A stretch of 64,000 nucleotides of DNA from Cognatilysobacter terrigena (GTDB lineage Bacteria; Pseudomonadota; Gammaproteobacteria; Xanthomonadales; Xanthomonadaceae). The DNA is taken from positions 177,714-241,713 of the forward strand of contig NZ_SELT01000002.1 in NCBI RefSeq assembly GCF_004361065.1. The letters are read 5' to 3'. Position numbers and translations under genes: made by a program. The notes under the pieces are model-generated. The model ran no database searches, was not told where the DNA came from, and saw only the letters and a program-made list of their open reading frames with translations. How positions within the stretch are numbered: the first letter of the stretch is position 1; the number at the start of each line of letters is the position of its first letter. Positions 57,091-64,000 of this stretch are shown in pieces.

Positions 57091-58365
57091 TTGTCCGACA
57101 CGCTTATTGACCCGCGCATCGCCGCCCTAAACAGCCGCAAGCGCATCGCCGCGGCGCTGCTGGTGTTCGCCGCACTCGTCCTCCTCGCCGCCCGCATCAC
57201 CGAGCAGCACCTGCATCACTGGTCGCTCGCGCTTCTCGCCGCCATGGCCGAAGCCGCGCTCGTCGGCGGGCTCGCCGACTGGTTCGCCGTCGTCGCCCTG
57301 TTCCGCCATCCGCTGGGCCAGCGCTGGATTCCGCACACGGCGATCATCCCCACGCGCAAGGACGCCATCGGCGAGAGCCTGGCGGACTTCATCGCGAATC
57401 ATTTCCTCGGGCGCGAGCAGGTGGCGGAGAAGCTGCGCGAGGTCGACATCGGTGCGGCGCTCGCGCGTCGGCTGACGGAGGCGGACACGTCGCGCGCGGT
57501 GGGGCGTGCGGTGGCACGCGGGCTTGCCCGCGTGCTCGACGTGCTGTCGGACGAGCGCCTGCTGCGCTTCGCGCACGACATGTCGCGCGAACGGTTGCGC
57601 AGCCTCGATCTGTCCGGTCTGGCCGCGCTCGGCATCGAGCGGTTCACCGCGGACGGCCGCCATCAGGCGCTGGTTACCGACGTGCTGCGTTTCCTGTCGG
57701 ACAAGCTGCAGTCGCCGTCGGTGCAGGACGAGGTGAAGCGCCGCGTGGCGCGCGAGGTCGGCCGCGTGCTGCGCTGGCTGGGCGCCGACGAGTACGCGTC
57801 GAACCGCCTGATCTCGGCGGGCATCGAGCTGATCGGCGAGATGGCGGAAGATCCGGACCACGAACTGCGCCAGTACATCGAAACGCAGGTGCAGGGATTC
57901 GCCGCGCGCTTGCGCACCGACGAACGTTTGCGCGCCGAGGTCGATGCGTTTCGCGATCGCCTGCTCGACAGCGACGACTTCCTCGCTTACGTGCGCTCGC
58001 TGCTCGCCGACCTCGTGCGTTGGGTCGATGAGGATGCGGCGCGCGATGATTCGGTCATCGCAACGCGCGTCGCGCAGGGCCTGCACGCGGTCGGCGAACG
58101 TCTGCTCGAGGATGCCGACCTGCGCGACTGGGTGTCGTCCAGCGTGCGCGAGACGGTCGAGCCGCTGATCGACGAGCATCGCGATGCGATCCGTCGCTTC
58201 ATCGTCGACCGCATCCGTCGCTGGAACGCCGAGGAGATGACGCGCGAGCTGGAGCTGGCGGTCGGCAGCGACCTGCAGTTCATCCGCTACAACGGCACGG
58301 CCGTAGGTGCGTTGGTGGGCGGACTGATCTTTGCGGCGTCGCGTCTGCTCGGGCTCGCGGGCTGA
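57091..58365 (+). CDS. DUF445 family membrane-associated protein (YjiN-like)
   Basis: 424 aa; N-terminal TM helix then WFAVVALFRHPLGQRWIPHTAIIPTRKD; C-terminal TM helix, both typical of DUF445. Confidence 0.7.
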   Translation: MSDTLIDPRIAALNSRKRIAAALLVFAALVLLAARITEQHLHHWSLALLAAMAEAALVGGLADWFAVVALFRHPLGQRWIPHTAIIPTRKDAIGESLADFIANHFLGREQVAEKLREVDIGAALARRLTEADTSRAVGRAVARGLARVLDVLSDERLLRFAHDMSRERLRSLDLSGLAALGIERFTADGRHQALVTDVLRFLSDKLQSPSVQDEVKRRVAREVGRVLRWLGADEYASNRLISAGIELIGEMAEDPDHELRQYIETQVQGFAARLRTDERLRAEVDAFRDRLLDSDDFLAYVRSLLADLVRWVDEDAARDDSVIATRVAQGLHAVGERLLEDADLRDWVSSSVRETVEPLIDEHRDAIRRFIVDRIRRWNAEEMTRELELAVGSDLQFIRYNGTAVGALVGGLIFAASRLLGLAG

Positions 58366-58377
58366 CGCGAGTGACGG

Positions 58378-58926
58378 TCAGTGAGCCGGGACGTCGGGCG
58401 CGAGTGCTTTGTCGTCGCCGGCGAGCACGTGGTACTGCGCGGGCGTCATGTTGGGCACCTTGCGCAGGAACGCCACCAGCGACCACAGCTGCGGGTCGCT
58501 GTGGGTGCGGCCCCACGCGGGCATCGCGCTCATCTTGATCCCGTGCTTGATGATCCAGAACGCCTCGGCATCGTTGTCGATGCCTTCGTGGCCGAGATCC
58601 GGCGGCTGCGGGTACAGACCGGCGCGCAATGCGCTGTGTGTCTGATCGGGCGCGAGGTGGCAGCCCGTGCATTCCTCGGCGTACTCGCGGGCGCCGCTCG
58701 CCACCATCGACGCGTCGTCGAGGTTGGCGGGTACGCGCACGCTCTGTGCCGCGCGCTCGGTCGCGCTGTCGCGCAGGCGGTCGATCATGTGCAGGGTCAG
58801 CGGTGCGTGCGGAACGTCCGCACCGATCGGATAGAGGCCGGCGCCGACGTAGGCGTAGGCCGCCGCGCCTGCGACGGCGGCGACGGTGACGACGCCGATC
58901 AGGAATCCACGGACGGTGGGCGACAT
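58378..58926 (-). CDS. c-type cytochrome (mono-haem, membrane-anchored)
   Basis: N-terminal TM anchor; haem-binding CTGCH; conserved ...MPAWG... distal Met region. Confidence 0.8.
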   Translation of the reverse strand: MSPTVRGFLIGVVTVAAVAGAAAYAYVGAGLYPIGADVPHAPLTLHMIDRLRDSATERAAQSVRVPANLDDASMVASGAREYAEECTGCHLAPDQTHSALRAGLYPQPPDLGHEGIDNDAEAFWIIKHGIKMSAMPAWGRTHSDPQLWSLVAFLRKVPNMTPAQYHVLAGDDKALAPDVPAH

Positions 58927-59052
58927 GCGGGCGGCTCCAGCGGCGGTGGGCGGACTCTCGCGCCGCCCCTGTGTGGAGCGCGTGGTGGTCGTCGCAGCAC
59001 GCGGGCGCCTGCACGGCTACGCTGGGGCAATCGTCCGCAAGCCACCCGTCCC

Positions 59053-60423
59053 ATGCGCCGCCACGCCCTCACGCTCGCCCTGACGCTCGCTGCTCCCGCC
59101 TTCGCCGCCGACGCGCCACAACCGCCCGCCGGCAACCCCAAGCTCTACGACATCGCCACCGCCCCCTCCGCGGCGCGCATCGAAGCCGACGTCCGCAAGC
59201 TCGTCTCCTTCGGCACGCGGCACACGCTGTCGGACCAGACGTCGGACACGCGCGGCATCGGCGCGGCGACGCGGTGGATCCATGCGGAGTTCGAGAAGAT
59301 CTCGAAGGACTGCGGCGGCTGCCTCGACGTGCGCTACGTCGAAGGCACGGTGCAGGGCGAGCCGCGCATTCCGGGGCCGCTCAAGGTGATCAGCGTGATC
59401 GCGATCCAGCGCGGCACGAGCGATCCGAACCGCTACGTGATGATGAGCGGCGACATCGATTCGCGCGTGACCGACGTGATGAACGCGACGGCCGATGCGC
59501 CGGGCGCGAATGACAATGCGTCGGGCATGGCGGGCACGATCGAAGCGGCGCGTGTGCTGACGAAGTACAAATTTCCGGCGTCGATCGTGTACGGCGCGCT
59601 GTCGGGTGAGGACCAGGGCCTGTTCGGCGGCAAGTTCGTCGCGGCCGAGGCGAAGAAGAACGGCTGGCGCCTCGAGGCCGAACTCAACAACGACATGATC
59701 GGCAATTCATCGGGCATCAATGGCGTGGTCGACAACACCACGGCGCGCGTGTTCTCCGAAGGCGTGCGCATCGTCGAGACCGCGGACGAGGCGAAGCAGC
59801 GTCGCTTCGAGGGCGGCGAGCTGGATTCGCCGTCGCGCAACCTCGGCCGCTACATCGACCGCATGGCTGACTACGTGCCCAACCTCGATGTGATGATGGT
59901 CTATCGCCTCGACCGCTTCGGCCGCGGCGGTCACCACCGCCCGTTCAACGAGGCGGGCTATCCGGGCGTGCGCGTCATGGAGACCAACGAGAACTACGAC
60001 CGCCAGCACCAGGATCTGCGCACCGAGAACGGCCGCCAGTACGGCGACGTGATCGAGGGCGTCGACTTCGGCTACGCGGCCAAGCTGACCGCGCTCAACG
60101 CGGTGAGCCTGGCCGGCATGGCCTGGGCGCCGCCGCCGGCGGCGGACGTCAAGATCGAAGGCGCGGTCACGGCAGACACCACGCTCAAGTGGTCGCGCCC
60201 CAGCGCCAAGCAGGCGCCGAACCTCGCGGGCTACAAGGTCTACTGGCGCCTCACCACCGATCCGCAGTGGACGCATTCGCGCTGGGTCGGCGACGTCACC
60301 CAGTTCACGCTCAAGAACGTGGTCATCGACAACTACTTCTTCGGCGTGGCCGCGGTGGCGAAGGACGGCACGGAGAGTCCGGTGGTGTTCCCGGGTGCGG
60401 CCGGGAGTTTCGGCGGCTACTGA
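59053..60423 (+). CDS. M28 family zinc peptidase with C-terminal fibronectin-III-like domain
   Basis: Signal peptide MRRHALTLALTLAAPAFA. M28 motifs (GANDNASG, ...SGEDQGLFG...). C-terminal FN3-like domain. Confidence 0.8.
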   Translation: MRRHALTLALTLAAPAFAADAPQPPAGNPKLYDIATAPSAARIEADVRKLVSFGTRHTLSDQTSDTRGIGAATRWIHAEFEKISKDCGGCLDVRYVEGTVQGEPRIPGPLKVISVIAIQRGTSDPNRYVMMSGDIDSRVTDVMNATADAPGANDNASGMAGTIEAARVLTKYKFPASIVYGALSGEDQGLFGGKFVAAEAKKNGWRLEAELNNDMIGNSSGINGVVDNTTARVFSEGVRIVETADEAKQRRFEGGELDSPSRNLGRYIDRMADYVPNLDVMMVYRLDRFGRGGHHRPFNEAGYPGVRVMETNENYDRQHQDLRTENGRQYGDVIEGVDFGYAAKLTALNAVSLAGMAWAPPPAADVKIEGAVTADTTLKWSRPSAKQAPNLAGYKVYWRLTTDPQWTHSRWVGDVTQFTLKNVVIDNYFFGVAAVAKDGTESPVVFPGAAGSFGGY

Positions 60424-60746
60424 AGCCGCGGGCGATCCGCCTCGGAGGCCGCGTTCGCGACGATCAATGCGGCCACCGCTTCGTTGCGGATGGCGATGTC
60501 GATCAGGGCATCGTCGTCGTCGCCCGCGATGCCGAAGCCGGTGAGTGCGATGGAATAACTGAGCTCGGGCGAAAGCGCAGCGAACGAAAGTACAACGGAA
60601 CCGATCGCGTAGAGCGGGCCTTCGCGCGCGAGCGCGATCGGGTGCGGAAGGACCGTCGGGACGAGGACGCAGCGCCCATCGGCGCGGCCGTAGAGATCGA
60701 AACGCATAAGCCCTCCCACATCCGCAGATGACGATGCGGTGAGCAA
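60417..60746 (-). CDS. Hypothetical protein
   Basis: 109-aa ORF with reasonable composition; its 3' end overlaps the peptidase stop by 7 nt; no motifs. Confidence 0.3.
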   Translation of the reverse strand: MLTASSSADVGGLMRFDLYGRADGRCVLVPTVLPHPIALAREGPLYAIGSVVLSFAALSPELSYSIALTGFGIAGDDDDALIDIAIRNEAVAALIVANAASEADRPRLQ

Positions 60747-61986
60747 AAAAGCCCCGGACGAGCCGGGGCCCTTCTACTGCCTTCTCCCTCTGACACCCCG
60801 TCGGGTGCTGTGGCCGGGAGGGAACCACGGCACCACCCTCCGCGCATTCGGATGCCGGGGGTGTGACGGCAGGGGCCCGTCGCATGCACGTAACGGGATG
60901 GGGAGGACGGTGGGTGTGACGCGAATCGCGCCGAAGCGGGATCGCGCCATGACCACTACCCATCTGTTTCCCGATGCGGGCGAGACGGCGCTCAACGCGC
61001 TGGACACCGCGGCCTGGAGTCGTGCGAACAACGAGGGCTGGCCGTCTCTGCCGGACGACCCCCAGCTGCCCGCACCCGCTCGCGTGGCGCCGCAGGTCGC
61101 ACTGGCTGCGCCGGGCCGTGTCGTCGACATGCAGGCGTGGCGCCAGCGCGGCGGGGGCCGGAGCGCAGGGCGCGCTGCCGGGACGTCGTGATCGAACTCA
61201 ACGGTTATGACATCAACACACGGCACGTCGCAGCCGTCGGCCCCGTGGCATGCACGCGAGCAAAGCGCTACGCGTTCGAGGTCATCTTCGTGGGCAGTGC
61301 GGGCGCATTGCGCCTGACATTCGATAAACAGGAGGACGCGATCGCCGGTCGCGCGCGCCTCATCGCGGACACGGAAGAACACGACGCGCCGCCCACGATC
61401 TCTGGCCGACGACCGTTCGCGGACGGCCCGGACGCCGGCGCTTCGCCTCGCGAGTCGATCATTCGGCGCGCACGCGAAACATTCGCCGGCGCGGGGCAGC
61501 CGGCGTTGCGATGAATCGAACGTCGGTCGTCGTACGCGATCGCCAGCCGTAGCGTGGCGGAGGTCGGACGCGGGAGCCACGCGAGGCGGGTTCGGGGGCA
61601 CGCGCCGACGCCGGGACGGTCATGCCGTGCGTGGCGGAACGAGCGGCGGCTGACCCGCCCGTCTTGTGTGCCTTCGGCGCCCGAAAGTGAGGACATCCGG
61701 CGCGATTGCAGGCGCGGTGAAACGGCTCGCCCACGGGCACATCCGCGGGGGCTGCGACATCACCCCGCGAACCCTCAAGAGCGCGGTCACCGACAACGAC
61801 TTTTCTGCGGGGCCGCGGCGGCGAAGGACGGGACGGAGCGCCCGGTCGTCCCGCACGCCGAGCGGCAGCTTTGGCGGGCGCCGATGCCCGGCCGCGCATC
61901 GGCCGTCGAGCGCGCTCCGGAGACGTTAATCCCGTTGATGGGCCGACACGTTCATACTGTCGGCTCCTGCCGCCACCGGACCGTCC

Positions 61987-64000
61987 GTGGCCATCCGCTT
62001 CGACGCGCTGTTCCAGAACTCGACCAACGCCTACATGGTGTTGGATCGCGAGTTCCGTTACATCGAAGCGAACCGGGCCTACGAGCTGCTCACCGGCCTG
62101 TCGCGTGAGCAGCTGATCGGGCGCGGCCTCTTCGAGTTGGTCCCCGGCTCGGCCAACGACGACGGCTCGTCGCAGGCCAGCGTGCTGCGCCGCTCGCTGG
62201 CGCGCGCGTTCGAGACGGGCGAGCGCGACGTGCTCGCGCTGATTCCGTACGCGATCACGGTCGACACGCCGAACGGCCCCGTCACCGACATGCGCTACTG
62301 GAGTGCGACGCACACGCCAATCCGCGACGAGTCCGGCGCGGTGGTGGCGGTGATGCAGCACACCACCGACGTCACCGAAGTGCAGCACCTACGCGAGGAG
62401 CTGCGGCGCGCGCGCGAGGCCACGGGGCTGACCCAGGAGCAGGCAGAAGAGGGTGTGCTGTCGCGCGCGGCGGTGGTGCAGCGCACCAACGAGCGGCTCA
62501 GTACGCAGCTGGACTTTGTGGATGACCTGCTCGAGCAGGCGCCGGGATTCATGGCGGTACTGGTCGGCCCGGAATACCGCTTCGAGCGCGCGAACGCCGC
62601 CTACGAAGCGCTTGTCGGCAAGTCCGGGCTGGTCGGCCGGACGCTGCTCGAAGTGGTCCCCGAGGTGGAAGAGCAGGGCTTCATCGCGCTGCTCGATCAG
62701 GTGCGCGCCAGCGGCGAGCCGTTCGTGGGGCGGGGCGTGCCGGTGGTGATCATCGACGGCGAGCGCGGGCCCGTCACGCGCTTCGTCGACTTCATCTACC
62801 AGCCCATTCGCGGCGCCAGCGCCCAGATCGACGCGATCTTCGTGCAGGGCGCCGACGTTACCGATCGCGAGACGGCGCTCGCCGCTGCGCGCGACAGCGA
62901 AGCACGCTTCCGCACGATCGCCGACCTCGTGCCGCAGATGATCTGGTCGACGCTGCCGGACGGCTATCACGACTACTACAACCAGCGCTGGTACGACTTC
63001 ACCGGCGTGCCGGTCGGTTCGACCGACGGCGAAGCCTGGGCCGGCATGGTCCATCCCGAGGACCAGCCGCGCGCGTGGGCGCGCTGGCGCCACAGCCTCG
63101 CGACGGGCGACCCGTACGAGGTCGAATACCGCCTGCGCGATCGCAACGGCGTCTACCAGTGGGTGTTGGGCCGCGCACTGCCCGTGCGCGACGACGCCGG
63201 CGCCATCGTGCGCTGGATGGGCACCTGCACCGAAATCGACGATCTCAAGCGCACGCAGCAGGCGCTCGAGCGCAGCGAGAACGCGTTGCGCGTCGCCGAT
63301 CGCCAGAAGGACCAGTTCCTCGCGACGCTCGCGCACGAGCTGCGCAATCCGCTCGCGCCCATCGTCACCGCAGTGCAGCTGCTGCGCATGGCGCCGGAGC
63401 GCGAAGCCACGGTGCGGCAGGCGGCGGAGATCATCGACCGCCAGTCCACGCACATGCGCAACCTGGTCGAAGACCTGATCGACGTTTCGCGCGTGACGCG
63501 CGGCCTGTCGGCGCTGCAGAAGCGCACGGTGCGGTTGTCCGACGTGGTGGCGGGTGCGATCGAACAGACGCAGCCGCTGATGGCGCGTCGCAACCATCAC
63601 CTCACGGTCGACGACCGCAGCGACGGCGTCACGCTCGACGCCGATCCCGTGCGCCTGACGCAGATCCTCACCAACCTGCTCAACAACGCGGCGAAGTACA
63701 CGCCGTCGGGTGGCAAGGTGAACGTCGATGTTCGCGTCGAAGGCGATCAGGCCGTGGTGCGCCTGCAGGACACCGGCGTCGGCATGGATGACGCGCTGCT
63801 CGCGCGGGTGTTCGGGCTGTTCGAGCAGGCGGAAGCGACGCCGGAGCGCGAACATGGCGGCCTCGGCATCGGTCTCGCACTCGCGCGCAGCCTGGCGCAG
63901 TTGCACGGCGGCACGCTCACGGCGTCCAGCGCGGGTCCTGGCCTCGGCTCGACGTTCGAGTTGCGTCTTCCGCTCGTATCCGCCGCGGTGACGGCGGACT
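61987..64000 (+). CDS. PAS/PAC sensor histidine kinase, 3'-truncated by the window end
   Basis: Frame is open from ~61939 to the window end. Three PAS blocks (AYMVLDREFRYIEANRAYELLTG...; GFMAVLVGPEYRFERANAAYEALVG...; RFRTIADLVPQMIWSTLPDGYHDYYNQRWYDFTG). H-box DQFLATLAHELRNPLAPI. G-boxes GGLGIGLALARSLAQLHGGTL. Start codon uncertain (GTG at 61987 proposed). Confidence 0.8.
   Translation, partial: MAIRFDALFQNSTNAYMVLDREFRYIEANRAYELLTGLSREQLIGRGLFELVPGSANDDGSSQASVLRRSLARAFETGERDVLALIPYAITVDTPNGPVTDMRYWSATHTPIRDESGAVVAVMQHTTDVTEVQHLREELRRAREATGLTQEQAEEGVLSRAAVVQRTNERLSTQLDFVDDLLEQAPGFMAVLVGPEYRFERANAAYEALVGKSGLVGRTLLEVVPEVEEQGFIALLDQVRASGEPFVGRGVPVVIIDGERGPVTRFVDFIYQPIRGASAQIDAIFVQGADVTDRETALAAARDSEARFRTIADLVPQMIWSTLPDGYHDYYNQRWYDFTGVPVGSTDGEAWAGMVHPEDQPRAWARWRHSLATGDPYEVEYRLRDRNGVYQWVLGRALPVRDDAGAIVRWMGTCTEIDDLKRTQQALERSENALRVADRQKDQFLATLAHELRNPLAPIVTAVQLLRMAPEREATVRQAAEIIDRQSTHMRNLVEDLIDVSRVTRGLSALQKRTVRLSDVVAGAIEQTQPLMARRNHHLTVDDRSDGVTLDADPVRLTQILTNLLNNAAKYTPSGGKVNVDVRVEGDQAVVRLQDTGVGMDDALLARVFGLFEQAEATPEREHGGLGIGLALARSLAQLHGGTLTASSAGPGLGSTFELRLPLVSAAVTAD

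Noticed and set aside
62389-63906. 505-aa minus-strand ORF
   Set aside because: Antisense to the PAS/HisKA kinase, whose H-box and PAS blocks read cleanly on the plus strand.
1-64000. CRISPR arrays, IS elements, prophage genes
   Set aside because: No spaced direct-repeat arrays, no transposase/integrase-like ORFs and no phage structural gene signatures were seen on either strand.

Overview
High-GC (~70% by eye) gammaproteobacterial chromosome segment, likely Xanthomonadaceae/Lysobacter-like. Left to right: the 3' end of a membrane glycosyltransferase gene plus a GtrA-like gene; a BtuB-type TonB-dependent receptor preceded by a clear cobalamin riboswitch; TfoX-C and GAF (MsrC-like) proteins; an RND efflux adaptor and permease pair with no outer-membrane factor gene; a phasin; queD; a large MASE1/PAS/GAF hybrid histidine kinase; a secreted VIT/VWA/DUF2135 giant protein; three c-di-GMP proteins and a soluble PAS-MCP; and an orphan GspG-like pseudopilin coupled to a GGDEF-EAL protein. 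The standout is a ~12.5 kb co-directional, translationally coupled array at 28428-40861: XRE regulator, DUF2170/YjfI-like, PspA/IM30, YqiJ/NfeD-like, flotillin, a 1775-aa protein with a C-terminal MoxR-like AAA+ module, a short TelA-like protein, TelA, and an HKD phospholipase-D/Nuc-like protein. It ends about 850 bp from the 3' end of a tRNA-Met gene. Downstream are rppH, a Fur-box-preceded bfd-bfr pair, erpA, nudC, a CD225/DUF2752 pair, an MFS-acyltransferase fusion, katE, yaiI and dbpA. An AT-richer (~45-55% GC by eye) insertion carries a beta-class DNA methyltransferase and a putative cognate restriction endonuclease. The window ends with DUF445, a cytochrome c, an M28 peptidase and a partial PAS sensor kinase. 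No CRISPR array, integrase or transposase was found.
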